Below, one piece after another: positions 42,520 through 57,275 of a stretch of DNA of 64,000 nt; within the stretch, counting starts at the first letter, position 1; the number at the start of each line of letters is the position of its first letter. The stretch lies in NCBI GenBank assembly GCA_050613775.1, contig JBODTK010000012.1, positions 1,302,001-1,366,000 on the forward strand, written 5' to 3'. The notes below the pieces were generated by a model that was not told where the DNA came from, did not search any database, and worked only from the letters and a program-made list of their open reading frames with translations. Position numbers and translations under genes: made by a program. The stretch comes from Neocallimastix sp. 'constans' (Eukaryota).

Positions 42520-43551
42520 TTAAGTACGGAAATCAATTAAACCAGTAACACCAGAATAATTTAGTGGATGAGAAGGGAATGATAATGAAAAGAACTGTGA
42601 AGAATTTATGAATGAAGTTTCTCCAGTGGATGGATATAGACCAATTAACCATCCTAATTTTTCCTTAAATAGTTTAACAGATTCAGCAAATCCATATTTA
42701 CCATTAAGCTCATTGCTAAATTTGATTAAAGACTTCATCCATTCTCCTACTAATGAACTACTGTAAACCTTTCCATTTTGAACACGCTGACCAATTTCAT
42801 TGATGACAACTTGCCAAGCCTCACCTATTTCCTTTAATAAATATTCACGTGTTATTTCATTATGATAGTTTTGATTCCACACAGGAAGACGAAGTGCCAA
42901 TTGAGTAATATATTCTAGATAGCCAAATGAAACAACTGGATATTCTCTTTCAAGTTCTTCACCATAATTGGATGTATTTGTAAAATACTTCAAATAATTT
43001 GTTGATAATTCCAAAAGTTCCATTAAGTTTGATTTTACTCTATTAAATGAATAATCAGAGCGATCAGCACCCCATTTAGTGTATGGGAAGGATTTATTTA
43101 ACTTCTTTTCCGCAGTTTGAAGTTGTATGGTAACAGTTTTCAATGTTGGTCTTGGAATAAGGGAAAGGATATCTTGAGATAGTTTTGGATTTCTATCTAA
43201 AAGACTACTTAATATATCTAAAATTTGTTCTTTTTCCAGGGAATGAAGAATACCTTCTATCCTAGGTTTTAATTTTCTTTGTTCTTCCTCTTCTTTTTTC
43301 TGTTGTTCTTGTTTTTGTTGTGCAAGTTGTACATTTCCAAGTATTCTTTCATGTTCAATTTGTGATGAAAATATAGAGGGCTTTAATTTTTTATTCGATT
43401 GGAAAAATTTACGATCATTACTATTATTATTTAAATTTTCAAGCTCGTCCGAACTATTACCATCAGATATATCCATTACTTCATCTTCATCTAATTTTCT
43501 CTTTTGACCATGTTTTATTTTACCAAATTGCATCACGTGAGTTTCTGTCAT
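42520..43551 (-). CDS. STS1: Cut8/Sts1 nuclear proteasome tethering factor
   Basis: Basic NLS GQKRKLDE and Cut8 domain signature ILHSLEKEQILDILSSLLDRNP...IPRPTL...KSFPY...SDYSFNRVK. First ATG at 43551 (MTETHVMQ); the track's 43572 start is a TTG. Confidence 0.88.
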   Translation of the reverse strand: MTETHVMQFGKIKHGQKRKLDEDEVMDISDGNSSDELENLNNNSNDRKFFQSNKKLKPSIFSSQIEHERILGNVQLAQQKQEQQKKEEEEQRKLKPRIEGILHSLEKEQILDILSSLLDRNPKLSQDILSLIPRPTLKTVTIQLQTAEKKLNKSFPYTKWGADRSDYSFNRVKSNLMELLELSTNYLKYFTNTSNYGEELEREYPVVSFGYLEYITQLALRLPVWNQNYHNEITREYLLKEIGEAWQVVINEIGQRVQNGKVYSSSLVGEWMKSLIKFSNELNGKYGFAESVKLFKEKLGWLIGLYPSTGETSFINSSQFFSLSFPSHPLNYSGVTGLIDFRT

Positions 43552-46500
43552 TTTATTTGTTTTTATTTTCAAATTTAATGTTAATTTTAAAAGATGTATA
43601 TTATTATATATTTTGAATATTTTAGAATTAATAGTAATTACAGATTATATATTATTGATCTTTTAATTTAAAATTGTTCAGAAAGGGCTAATTTAATAAT
43701 AAAATTTATAATAATAATTATATTAATACTTTATATCTTTTTAATTATATTAATTAGATTACTATCGAAATATATTAATTTAAATTTTATTATTATTTCT
43801 TTTTATTTAACTAAATTAAATTGATCTTTATTTTTTATATATACGATAATTTAACTATCTATCCTTATATATTTTAGATGATCAATATTTATTATAATAA
43901 AATATCATATATAATATATTATTATATAATAGAAAAATAAATACTTACTATTTATAATGATTATTTATTTTATTTTTTTATTTTATTTTTTTTTAAATAT
44001 ATTATATTTTTTGTTGAATATTACTGAGATTATTAAAGAAATTTTATGGATTGTTTAAATTATTCTTTATGATGAAAAATATTTCCTTTTAATGAGTTTC
44101 GTTATTAAATAAATTTTTAGTCTCTATATTGATTAAATAATGTTATGAATATATATTTTTAATAAAAAATATATCTAATTTTTATTAAGTTACTTATAAT
44201 TAAATATTTTAGATAAATAAACAGTTTTTTTCTTTTTTTTTTTTTTTTTTGAATATGTGATAAAATTATAATTATTCTCTATATATAATTTTTTAATTTG
44301 ATGTAATTTTTTTTGTGTTTATATATATATTATTTTATTTAATTAAAATTTATTTTATTTCTATATACTAAATACAAGAAAACAAAATTTTGAAAAAAAT
44401 AATAATTAAAAAAAAAAGATTTATAATTTCTATTATAATTCAATAATAAAAACTTTGTTTTAATCTTTTTTTTTTAATTTTATAATTTTTTTTTAAAAGT
44501 AGAAAATATTTTATTTATAATAGTTTTTTTTAAAAAAAAAAAAAAAAAGAAGAGATGAAAAAGTACTATTTTTTTGAAATGAAAATTTCTTTTTATATGA
44601 AAATTTTCAATTAAAAAAAAACTTTATTATTAATATTTATAATATAATTATTTAAATTTATTATAATATATTATTCAATAGACATAAATTATTAATTTAT
44701 AAAATATTTTTATTCATTAATAATTTTAATAATTTATTATAATATATTGAAATAAATATATATTTTTTGTTTTTCAAATATGAATATTAATAAATATTAA
44801 AAAAAAAATTTATAAATATATTTAATATTTATTTAATAATTATTAATATTAATTAATAATTATATAAATAATATATAATATATATATTTATTTTTATTTA
44901 TTAATATAAAACTATTTATAATTATTAATTAATAAAAAATTATTAGTATTATTCATTCATCTATATATAAATTTATTTTTCATTTAATATTTTGTATTAT
45001 TAAATTAATATGCAAAGAAAATTATTTACCTCTAATACAAATATATTCCAAAAAGCTAAAAGAATAGTTAATATACTCTATTATGGAAATTTTAAAATAA
45101 AATTAAAATAAATCAAATGGTATATTGATAATATATAATCATGTATAGTATAATCGATTAAAAGTAAATACTTTCATATATTGTAATATTAATAAAATAT
45201 TAAAACTTAAATAATCTTAAAAAAATTTAAAAATAAATATGATAATTTAAACTTTAAATTTTTTATTTTCAAAAACACAAATAAAAAAAAATGTTTTTAT
45301 ACCATATAATATATTGGTATATATATAGATAATATATTTAAAGTTAATTAAATAAATATATAAATAAAGAGAATAAATAAATTATTATTATTTTTTTAAT
45401 TAGTAAATAAAATTTATAGTTTACCACTCTTAATAATAATTTTGATTGAATCATTTTTACTCTTTTTAGGTATAAAGAGAATTATGGCAAATAACACTTT
45501 AAGAATATAATAGAAATTTATTACATATATAATTAAACTCAGAAATGTGGCTTATTGAATATTATCCATATATAATTAAAATGATAATAAATTTTCAAAA
45601 AATTCATTTATTCAAATACTCTCTTAATAAAGAGATTAGAATAATCAAAGTAAAAAATTTTTAGGAATTTTTTTAGAGTTATTCTAAAAGTAACTCTGTG
45701 GCTTTCATAAAAATGTGTTTTGTCCTTCTAAATATACAAATATAATGAAAATAAATGGTGAAAGTACTATAAAAAAAAGTTAATCAAAACATAATAAATT
45801 ATTATTACAAAATACATTTATATGTGACAACATCTATGTTTATTGCCTATATTCATATTTAGTTTTTTTTCATACTAATTTGCTTTTTTTTTTTTTTAAT
45901 TTTTTTATTATTAATAAATTTTTTATTTATTTTGTATTATTTTATTTTATTTTAATTTGTTTTTATTATATAATTGTTTTTATTATATAATTGTTTTTAT
46001 TTATGTGATTGATTTAATGATTTAATGATTTATTTATTAAATTCTTATATTAAATTGTTCATACTTTATTCATAATTTTAAAACACTAAATCACATCCAG
46101 TTCTAGAGCAATGTTAATGGCTACTAAAATCGTTTTTAGTTTGTTAATATATAATTTTTAATAAATAAATTAATTAATTAATGATGAATAAATAAATAAT
46201 AATAAATTAAAAAATAATAATAAATAAATGAATGTATGGATAAATGAATAATAATGAACAAATAAGTAAAAATAATAATAAATAAATAAATGAATAAATA
46301 AATAATGAATTAAAAAATAAAACATTAATGAAATATAATAAATATTAAATATTATTAAATATTACTTCAAATATACTGAAATTACATCATAAAAAAAAAA
46401 GAATATTATCAATTAATTAAATTAACTATAATAAAAAATTTTTAAATTAAATATTTAATCATATAATTATTAAATATAGAGAATCAAAAATTAAAATTAA

Positions 46501-46754
46501 TTATGAATTTTATTATATAAAAAAAATAAACAAGCGGATTTAAATAAAAAATTGATAACCAATTAAAATATTAAATAAAATAAATAAATAAAATATTAAA
46601 TAAAATATTAAATAAAATAAATAAAATAAAATAAAATAAAAGGAACTTTAAAACTATTAAATGAAATGTTAGATATAAATTTTAAATGTATCTTCATAAA
46701 ATACCCTAATTATCTATTTGATATTGTGTTTTTATTTTATTTTATTTTATTTAC

Positions 46755-46779
46755 AATAAATAAATAAATAAATAAATAA

Positions 46780-46823
<44 letters not shown>

Positions 46824-47600
46824 AAATAAATAAATAATAAATAAATAAATAAATAATAAATAAATAAATAAATAATAAATAAATAAATAAATAATAAATA
46901 AATAAATAAATAATAAATAAATAATAAGTAAATAAATAAATAAATAATAAATAAATAATAAGTAAATAAATAAATAAAGCTGTCGTGACCAAAGTGATGC
47001 TTTTTTAAACTTCAATTTAAATAACTTTTTTTGAACTTATATATGATACTTTTTACATATTATATTATTATATTTTTTTTTTAATAATAAAATAAGTGTA
47101 TAAATAAATTAACATTATTAAAATAAAAAATGTTATTTAGAATATTATATAGAAATACATTTGAATTAAATATAACTAAAACTATTTTTTAAAAGTAGCC
47201 TTTAATAAAAAAAAATAATAAATAAATAATAAATGCAATTAAAATAATAAATAAATTTAAATAAGAACAAATAAATAATAATAATAAATAATTGAATAAT
47301 AAAGAAATAAATAATAAATAATAAAGAAATAAATAATTGAATAATAAATAATAAATAATAAATAATAATAAATAATAAATAATAATATATAATAAATAAT
47401 AATAAATAATAAATAATAAATAGTAAATAATAAATAATAAATAAAAGATAATAAATAATAAATAATAAATAATAAATAATAAATAATAAATAATAAATAA
47501 TAAATAATAAATAATAAATAATAAATAATAAATAAATAAATAAATAAATAATAAATAATAAATAATTGAATAATTGAATAATAAATAAATATATAAATAA
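46755..47600. repeat. (AAAT)n and (AATAAAT)n low-complexity repeats
   Basis: Long imperfect tetra- and heptanucleotide tracts that generate the spurious YLFI-type ORFs. Confidence 0.9.
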
Positions 47601-50290
47601 TAATAAAAAAATGTATAATAAACCTAAAATATCTACATATTAACAATTAAAATGATGGTAATGATTTATAATTTATTTTTTTTATCTTTCTGTTATTAAT
47701 GTCAATGAATAATTATTAATTACAAAATATTTAATTCATATTGATTGGTTATGGTACAAAATGTCAAATTCAGTATTTATTATTTATATATCCAAATCTG
47801 TATAAATAAAAGTTTAATGAAATGTAAAAAAAAAAAAAAAATTTATTTTTGTAATTAAAAAAATCTTTAATTAAATAAACAAATAAAATAATTTAAAATT
47901 AAATTTTAAAAACTTTTTTTTTTTATATTATTCTTCTTTATTTTATTTTATTTTATTTTATTTCGTTTTATTAAATCTGTTCTTTTCTTAATTAGTATTT
48001 TGCTATTTATTCTATTTTATTTTCAAAAATTGATTTTTCTTCTTCAATAAAATTTTAAAAGATGCTTCTAATCTTTTTCTTTTTTTTAAAAAAATTTTGT
48101 AGCTAATATTAGTCTAGTATTTTCTAGTAAATACTTGAAGATTATTAAAAAATTTTTTTTAAATAATGAATACTAGAGATTTCCATGAATGAAAAAAATT
48201 TTTTGCTAAGATATTCTATTTTTTTTTATACATATATATATATATATTTTATTAAATTTTAGATGAGAATTAATAATTATTTATTTAAGAAAAATTAAGT
48301 AAAAATGACCTTTTATATACTTTCATGATTTTCTTTATATCATGAAACTATTTTCGTATAAAACATAGTATTATTAAAATTTAAAATGTTTATTTTTAAA
48401 TAACATTATAAAATAAAATTAGTTTTTGGATAAATAGTATTTCAATATATTATTATGTATATAATAAAAATTATTTTCTATCAATTTTTATTATTTTTAT
48501 TTTTTTCTTTTTTTTTTTTTATTATTAAAATTAATAATTAAAAATTTGAAATTAAAAATTAAATTAAATAAAAATCTTAATTCAAATAAATGGAAAAACT
48601 TTAATAATTATTTTATTTTAATAAGCAATCAATATAAATTTAATTAAATGATCTTTATATTAATGAATACGATTAGAACTATTTCTACAATATAAAAATT
48701 ATATATTATTTATTTAATTTAAAATATTAATCATATATTATTTGAAATTTATTAATTTAGATTGCATATCTATTGGATAAAAATAAATAGTAAAAAATAA
48801 ATAATAAAAAATGAATAATAAAAATGAATAATAAAAAATGAATAATAAAAAATGAATAATAATAATGAATAATAAAAAATGAATAATAAAAAATGAATAA
48901 TAAAAATGAATAATAAAAAATGAATACTAATAATAATAAAAAAAAGAAAATCATTATTTATAACTATTATTAATAAAAGAATATATATATTTATATACAT
49001 ATGAAAAAAAAATTTACAAAATAAATAATTCATAAGTAAAACTCAACAACAAATTATTGTAAAGATTAAATAAATGACTATAACTATATAACTATTTTAA
49101 GAATTAATAAGAAATATTATTAGATCTTTTAGAGATTAAAAATTTATTATTAGTTATTTTATATATTTATTTTTTAAAGATTATAATGAATAATGATAAT
49201 AATTTTTAGAATAAGTATTATTAATAATAATCTAATAATAAGAATAAAAAGTAGTTTTTCTTTCTATTTAAAATTCATTTAGAAAATATTTAGGTATGAA
49301 AACTTTTGTGATTACGTATATATTCTATAGATTATATAATTTTGAATACTATATAGAATATTTTTATAAAATTGATATATATAATACATAATTACTTAAT
49401 AAAATTTTTTATTATTGTAGGTCTTAAATATATATTATACAATGCATTATACAAAAGTATTTTTAAATTTCTTATTTATATAAATATAAATGTTCAATAA
49501 AATAATAAAATATTAGAGTTTACGAAGATACAATTCATAAATAATTATGTAGTTATATACATATATATATAGTAAGAACTTTTTTTATTATTAGTATTAA
49601 TGAATTTTGAATTTTTTTTTTTTTTTTTTTTTTTAGATATAAACATGTCTTAAATGGTAATATTGTTGACTTTTTTAATTATAGTATATATATTAATATT
49701 TTTTTTTATTTTTTTTTTTTAAATCTTTAGTTTAAAAATGACTATAATATTATTGGCTTATTGCTATTTAACATAAAATATTGGTCTATATATTAATTAA
49801 AAAGAATAATTTAAAAAACTTTAATTCTCTATTAATTATATACTAAGTATATATAATATGATTATATATAATAATGAAATATATAATACTACTTTATAAA
49901 TGTTTTAATATCATTTTAGTTTTAATTTTAGTTGGTTTATAATAATAATACAGATCTGAGAAAAAAAAAATAATTATTATAGTAATATAAATATAAAATT
50001 TGAAGTTGTAGATAAAATCAATACGGTCAATGTAATTAATGCATATTTGATAAACTTTTGATATACTATATTTTATAAAGTTTAATTATAATAAAAATAG
50101 ATGAAAGTGCTCTATTTTATTATTATTATTATTTTACTATGAAGATTATATAATTAACATTTTATTGATTATAAATTTGACTTTTATTTGAATACAAGAA
50201 AATGCTTAAAAAAGTATAAAAAAAATAATAGAGCCTTGTTCCTAAAATGATTAAAGCTTATTATAGTAATAGATAATTTTCATCAGGATG

Positions 50291-50339
<49 letters not shown>

Positions 50340-51696
50340 CAAGAATTGATAAAAATGTTTAAATTATTATTGATTTTATACTATTTTTTATTAATAATAT
50401 TAAATATTAATAATTGATTATTATAAATTGTTCCTTATAATTAATAATTAAGATTATACCTCATAATTTTATAATAATAATAAAAATAACCAAAAAAAGA
50501 ACAAATATACTGATTTAATTTAGAAATATAAATATTTAAAAATAAAATAAAATAAAATAAAAATAAATATTTTTTATTATTATTAAATGTTATTTTACTC
50601 TATATGTACTATATATGAATATAAAGTTTTATGATTCCATTCATTAACATATTTGTTAATTTTTTTAAAATACTAAATACTATTAAAAAAAAAAAAAGAA
50701 CTTTTTAATTAGTATAATTTTTAAATAGCATAAAAATTTTTCTACAAATTTTTAAAATTCATATTTAATCATTAATTATTGTAATAGTTTTATAATGACA
50801 TATTTATTAAATAATAAATTTTAAATAGTTCTTGATAACCTATTAAAAAAAAAAAAAATTATAAATATCCAATTAAAATATTTTTTCTATATATAATAGT
50901 AATTATAAAATATATAAAAATTTGTTAATAAATAATTTAACTAAATATAATTAAAAAAATTTACTATTATTATCATTTCTTATAAAAATATTTTATCCAT
51001 GAAGATTAAATACTACGTTCATTTTATAACTGGTTCATTTATAATAGTAATTATTATTAATAAAAATATTCACTAAGATAATATAAATTAATTTAATTAA
51101 AAAAAAATTTTTTTTTCTTTTTTTATCTTTTTTCCTATAAAATTGATATAAAATATTAATATATATTTAGTATTAATAATTTAATATTTTACCTAAATTA
51201 AATATTATAATATATGTATATATAAAATTAAATATATTAAATTAAAAATAGCATTTTAATTATGAAATTACTAAAAACCATAGTACTATTCTCAAAGAGA
51301 AAATTTTATTTTTAAGTTAACATGTAATGCTGTAATCTCCACTGACGACGTCATATTTTTAATGCTTAAAATTTTGATAAATTAAAAAATATATTCAGTA
51401 TTCTAAAGTTTTGGATGATATTAATGAATGATATAACCCTATACTAGGTAGACATTCCCAGAAAGAAAATAGGTTATATATATTGAATTCAGATGATGAA
51501 TGGATGATATATATAAAAAGAGATAGTGAACCTCCTTTTTGTGTTGCTGCCTCAATTTATGTGCTTTCACATTCTCAAGTTAGTTTTTCTTTATTTCACT
51601 TGCAACAAAAATCTCCGATAATGAAAAAAATTTATTTACATTAACTCTTAACCCATTAAGTAATTAAATTTAAAATTTTTTTTCAATGATATAATT

Positions 51697-51886
51697 GGGA
51701 GAGTTGCATTTCGCCAAGTTGCATTTCGACAAGTGGAGTATTGATATAAATAAATGAATAAATAAATAAATATTAATTCAAAATAATCTTTTTTAAAATT
51801 TTTTTTATGCGATATTAATAATATTTGATTTTATTTATTTATTTATTTATTTAATAATTTTCAATTTGGCGAAATGCCCCACACCC
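51697..51886. mobile_element. Mutator-type MITE (190 bp) with perfect 9-bp TSD
   Basis: Termini GGGAGAGTTGCATTTCGCCAA and (reverse complement) GGGTGTGGGGCATTTCGCCAA. GATATAATT is duplicated at 51688-51696 and 51887-51895. Confidence 0.85.
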
Positions 51887-52269
51887 GATATAATTGTTAA
51901 TTAAGATTACATAAATTAAATATTAAATAAGACTATTAGAAAAAAACATGGAATTTATCTAAAAATTACACAAATTTATGATTATTTATACTTTGTTAAA
52001 ATACTATCATATGAGTAATCACAGGATGCTATCTGTTGTATCCTCTTGAATTTTAATATTAATATGTTTATTTATATAAATAATTTTTATAATTATTTTA
52101 CAAATAAACAAATATATACTAATAATTCAATGTATATATATATATATATGTATAATTTTTAGTTATATTTCTTCTATTTTCATTGTATATTTACTTTTAT
52201 TATAGTAAAGTTAACAGAAAAATATTTATTTATTTCATAAATATAGTATTAATAAATATATTTCTTATA

Positions 52270-52307
<38 letters not shown>

Positions 52308-52619
52308 AGAGAGAAAAGAGAAATTTAGAATAAACATATAATATATATATTATTGTTTTTAAATATACAATAATTAATAATTAAAGTCCTTTATATAATA
52401 AATCAATAATAATTTAATATTTGTTATTATTAAATATATATGCTTAATAATAATACAAGTATTTTTTTTACTTTAATATAGAGAATCCATATAGTAATTA
52501 TATATATATATTTATTTATTATCAATATTTTTTTTTTTTTTTTATTTTATAATAGAAAAAAATCAATAAATGAAAATGTTATATATATATATATATAATG
52601 AGAGAATAATATCTTAGAA

Positions 52620-53170
52620 TATTATCTTTGTTCATTTTTTATTACAATGAAGTGTCCATATGTTCAGTATTTTTCAATCACATAAATATTAATATATTTA
52701 TTGTTTAGTATCTTTGAAGGATTACTTCTTTTGTAATGATGAATGTCTGTATATTAATTGTTTTTGCATTTTGTTACATCTACTTCATGTTCCACTAAAT
52801 ATTTTACAATAGTTTCCTTTCTACTGAAACATGCTCGGTGTAAAGGAGAAATACCAAATTCTTCTTTACCATATAAGTCGTATCCAAATTCTATTAAATA
52901 TTTTATAGCAGCTTCATTTCCAACTCTACATGTAAATAATAATAGTATATTACCCTTATCATCTTCTTTATTTACAATTGCTACATGCTCTTCTAAATAT
53001 TTTACTACATTCTTATTTTCACTTTCACACGCTCTAAAAATTAAGGACTAATTATTTTTTTCTCATTTTATTTCCAATTGTTCCATGTTCAATTAAGTAG
53101 ATTACCATAGCCTCATTTTCTCTACTACTACTTGCATAAAATAATAAAAGGTATAACTTTTATTATTCAT
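52620..53170 (-). pseudogene. Decayed ankyrin-repeat gene fragment
   Basis: Minus strand: *SLIFRACESENKNVVKYLEEHVAIVNKEDDKGNILLLFTCRVGNEAAIKYLIEFG...GISPLHRACFSRKETIVKYLVEHEVDV, bounded by in-frame stops. Confidence 0.8.
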
Positions 53171-53174
53171 GAGT

Positions 53175-53480
53175 GTGACCCACCCATATCTTGTATAGTC
53201 ATCTAATATTGTAAGGAAATATTTAATATTTATTCCCATTTAATGAATAATCAGGAACTGAGGCGAGATCCATGTGAATTAGTTCAAAAGTGTCATTTGT
53301 TTTATTTGAAGCTCTTATAAAAAGGCAAAATTCTTGAGCTTTGAACAAGAGCATATCTTGTATCTTTTATTTATGTTTATCTTCTTTAATTTTTCTCTTA
53401 TTAGACCTATATTGAAGTGATCCAGTCTTCTATGCCAGAGGTTCACATTTGTATCCTTCATGATCCTGGTCCAAACTATA
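53175..53480 (-). pseudogene. Ty1/copia GAG-pre-integrase plus integrase N-terminal fragment
   Basis: NLWHRRLDHFN...KICSCSKLKN, then after a frameshift TFELIHMDL, and FLTILDDYTRYGWV. Confidence 0.85.
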
Positions 53481-53869
53481 AAGATATATTTCAATATTTT
53501 GTAAAAAAAAAAAAAACAATAATACAATATATTTAATTATAAAAATAGTAATAAAATAATTATTTATTATATTTAATTATAAAAATATATTTAATTATAA
53601 AGTTATATTTTAATATTTTGTAGAAAAAAATATTAAAATAATTTTTAATTATTTTAATATTTATTTTTTAATTATAACAGTATATTTTAATTATAAAAAT
53701 ATATTTTTAAAATAATAAAATTTAGTTTTAAAAATATATTTTAATATTTCTTTAGCTAATCTAATCCAATAAAGATTAAAAATACTTTAATCATTATTGT
53801 ATTTATTCATTTATTCTCTTTTTAAAATAATGTTAACTATTAATAAATTATAATTATATACGACAGAAT

Positions 53870-53989
53870 TCATTTGGTCAATTTTTCTGTCATTTTTTTA
53901 ATAATTTGTTCATTAATGATTTTAATATTTAAATCATTAAAGTATTTCAACCATAATTCAATAAAATCATTTTTAGTACTTTTCCTTTT

Positions 53990-54023
<34 letters not shown>

Positions 54024-54078
54024 GAGTTTCCATATTTTTGTAATACTTAAAACTAAATCCATGATTTCCTCAGTCTGC

Positions 54079-54131
<53 letters not shown>

Positions 54132-54212
54132 CAAAATTCCAGCAGTTTTCCATTCGTAATCAATGTAATATTTGGATTCTTCTTCTGGCAATTCTGATAA
54201 TAATTGAAAAAA

Positions 54213-54252
<40 letters not shown>

Positions 54253-55165
54253 TTCTAAAAATCCCAAAAATTGAACATAATTATGTCCTTGGCACTCACT
54301 ATAAATATTATATATATATATATTCAGGGTTAATAAAAGGAAAATTTGAAATATTTTGATAATGAATATATAAATCTTTTATTTTTTCATTTTTATAGCC
54401 ACATAATTTTTTTTTGATTTTCTAATGCTTTATTAAAATGCCATATACAATATTTAATATTTACATTAAGAAAAAACTTTTTCTTCAGCATTAGATATGG
54501 CTTTTTCAAAATCGTAATGAAATATTTTTGGTGTAGTTTCAATACTATTATATATACTTGAATTTTTTTTTTACTTCTTCAAATACTATTTCATAAGTTG
54601 TTTGCTTTTTATTTTTTAAATATAGAAAAGGAAGTAGTGTAAGAACAATTTAAATCTGTAAACATAGGTTCTGGTTATAAATACTTGATATTAAATATAG
54701 AATGTTCCATCCTCAAGAATATGTTTATTTTTAGAAAATAATTCTGCTTGGAATGGAGATTAAAAAACAATTAAATCATGATTTTTGAATATTATAAAAT
54801 TTTCATCCTTTTTTGTTTTATAAAATATTGATTCGTTGGGAATTTCATCAAATGTTGTTATATCAGGAGGTAGCTGTTTTCTTCTATTTCTTGTTACTTG
54901 AGATTCAATTGAATTAAATCTAGGACATATAAGACCCATACCTTGAGAAATTTCATCATATTTAAGTTTTATATTTACATTAAAAGGAGTGGAACTATTC
55001 AAAATTTCATCTTTAATTTTATTTTTTTTTAAAATGATTTAGTTGCTTCAAATTTATTTTCAAGATGCTTATGTGGATTATCACATTCTAATATTTGATT
55101 CTCATTGTTTAAAATAATGAAAGATGGACATATATTTAATGTTTTATATTCAGTACATATAAAAA
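53870..55165 (-). pseudogene. Decayed Mutator-like (MULE) transposase with N-terminal FLYWCH/WRKY-like zinc finger
   Basis: ICTEYKTLNICPS...HKH zinc finger; EDGTF (~54701-54714); YQVFITRTYV; LKNKKQTTYE; HYDFEKAISNA (~54490-54519); IKYCIWHF (~54435-54458). Frameshifts and poly(T) interruptions. Confidence 0.85.
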
Positions 55166-55171
55166 AAAAAT

Positions 55172-55229
<58 letters not shown>

Positions 55230-55480
55230 TTGCCTTTCCTTTCGGATGAAAGATAAAAATTATATTTAAAATGCGTCTAAAATTTTTGTCTTCTTTACAT
55301 TCTTGAGTATTGTTTGATTCCGCATTTTTATCATTATAATTAGTATTAAACGTGTTATCAAATACTTCATTAAGATTTATTTCTTTCTAAGTTATTGTTA
55401 TGTTGTTCACTTTTACGCCAATTCCTTACGGTTTAGGATATCATTTCTATTATTTTGAATAAATTTCCTTTTGTAGCAAT

Positions 55481-55513
<33 letters not shown>

Positions 55514-55869
55514 GTTCACTTTTCTATAATACACATGATGTCTGTATTAAATTACATTAAATTATTTATGGTTAATGTATACTAGGTAAGCGCCATAATA
55601 CACATTCATTTGCGTATGACCAAAAATTTTCAATAAACTATATAAAAAATAAACTATTATAAATATAAAATAATCTTGAACTTTATTTCTAACAATATTA
55701 AATAAATTTCTTATTAAATAAAATAAAATAATATAAATTTTAAAATAAATATTTTATATGAAAAATAATTAACAATTAACATTTAAATTTAATTTATCAT
55801 AATATTTACAATAAAATATTTAAAATATTAATATAAATATATCATATTTATAATTAAAGTTATTAAAGC

Positions 55870-57228
55870 TAAATAAAAGGATTCATAGTAAGGTATTTCT
55901 TCACTACTATTTTATATCATCATCATCAAGAGAAGATGAAAAGGTGGATGATGATTTCTTTATAGTAGTTGATGTTCTGGCTTTATTTGTTGTTGTAGTT
56001 GTACTTTTAGATGTGGTAGTTGTTGCTGAAACAACACGATTAAATATTCAGGATTTATTAGCTTTCATTTTCCCACTATTCTTTATATTTTAGATTTTCT
56101 CCATAATAAATATAGTCATTTATTTCTTTACAGATTTCATTTTTACAGTCAGAGGTGTAATACCTTTTCTTCTTCAATATCAGAAATCTTTTTTAATTCC
56201 ATTATAAAACCCCTTCTTGAATATCAGAAATCTTTTTTAATTCCATTATAAAACCCCTTCTTGAATATCAGAAATCTTTTTTAATTTCATTATAAATTCC
56301 GAAAGTGTCATTTTTACACGAAACTAATCCTATATTATTTGAATCATTTTCATTATCATCATTTAATAATATATAATATATTACTTGAACTCTTTGTTTT
56401 GTATTAAAGACTGTGTTTATAATTATATCTATTTATAAAATTAGAGCTTTCACAAAATAATTTATAACGTGACATTAATGAATTTGTACTATTGATGCAA
56501 TATTTTCCATTTTATAAGTTTATATATGATATATAATGGAATTACTTTCTAAAATACAATTTGAAATTAATTTAATAATTATACCGATTGAATTACATAT
56601 ATTAAAGAAAAAACCGAGAGAACATCGGAATATGAAGTAGTAGATAGATTTTCATTTTTATTAGTAATATTATTATTAATATTAAAATCTATGATTCTAT
56701 CTAAAAAGGAAAGTTCCTTACTGTTTATCAAATTCTGAACATTAATTTCAGATAAACAGAGATAAGTAGGACCTTCACTGTAGACTTGTATAAATCCGCC
56801 AATGTTTCCTTTACAATCATTTTTATTTACCGCAGCATTATTCATTTTTGTTCATATGGTAGAGTTGGTGTCTCTCCAAAATAACTTCTTGTATATAAAT
56901 TATCTGGATCTTTTAAGTAAAAATTTTACTTCTATACACCAATATTTACCAGCATTGTCTTTAATAAATTGTATAATGTTTGAACTATTTAAATCCAATA
57001 CATTTTTATTTTAAATCTTGATAAAAGTATTTACCATCATCAGTCCAATTTTTTCATCCGGCAAATAAATTATTTTATACTCATCACTGAACATTCAAAT
57101 TCCCCTATATAGTGTATGCTCTTCATTGACTCTTAATATATACCTTCCATAAATGCATGTATTATTAAAGGAAGTATCCTGGCAATTTGTACAATAAGTT
57201 GGAAGTGAAAGGTAATCTACAACTTTCA

Positions 57229-57230
<2 letters not shown>
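55870..57230 (-). pseudogene. Decayed gene for a Cys-containing protein with a C-terminal Ser/Thr linker; possibly scaffoldin-like
   Basis: Fragments YLSLPTYCTNCQD...TCI and NDCKGNIGGFIQ...TYLCLS, then VSATTTTSKSTTTTTNKARTSTT near the 3' end. Several stops and frameshifts. Confidence 0.4.
56169..56296. repeat. 44-bp tandem repeat, ~2.9 copies
   Basis: AATATCAGAAATCTTTTTTAATTCCATTATAAAACCCCTTCTTG starts at 56176, 56220 and 56264, with no spacers. Confidence 0.92.

Positions 57231-57275
<45 letters not shown>

Noticed and set aside
46737..49033. Hydrophobic F/Y/L/I-rich ORFs (also 2359, 11495, 18153, 18947, 22747, 32792, 62235, 62245, 62974)
   Set aside because: Translations of (TTTA)n and poly(T) low-complexity DNA with no protein-like complexity.
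51330..51620. GC-richer patch as a gene or ncRNA
   Set aside because: No sustained ORF or convincing fold; probably an unrecognisable decayed fragment.
56169..56296. 44-bp repeats as a CRISPR array
   Set aside because: Head-to-tail copies with no unique spacers, no cas genes and a eukaryotic context.
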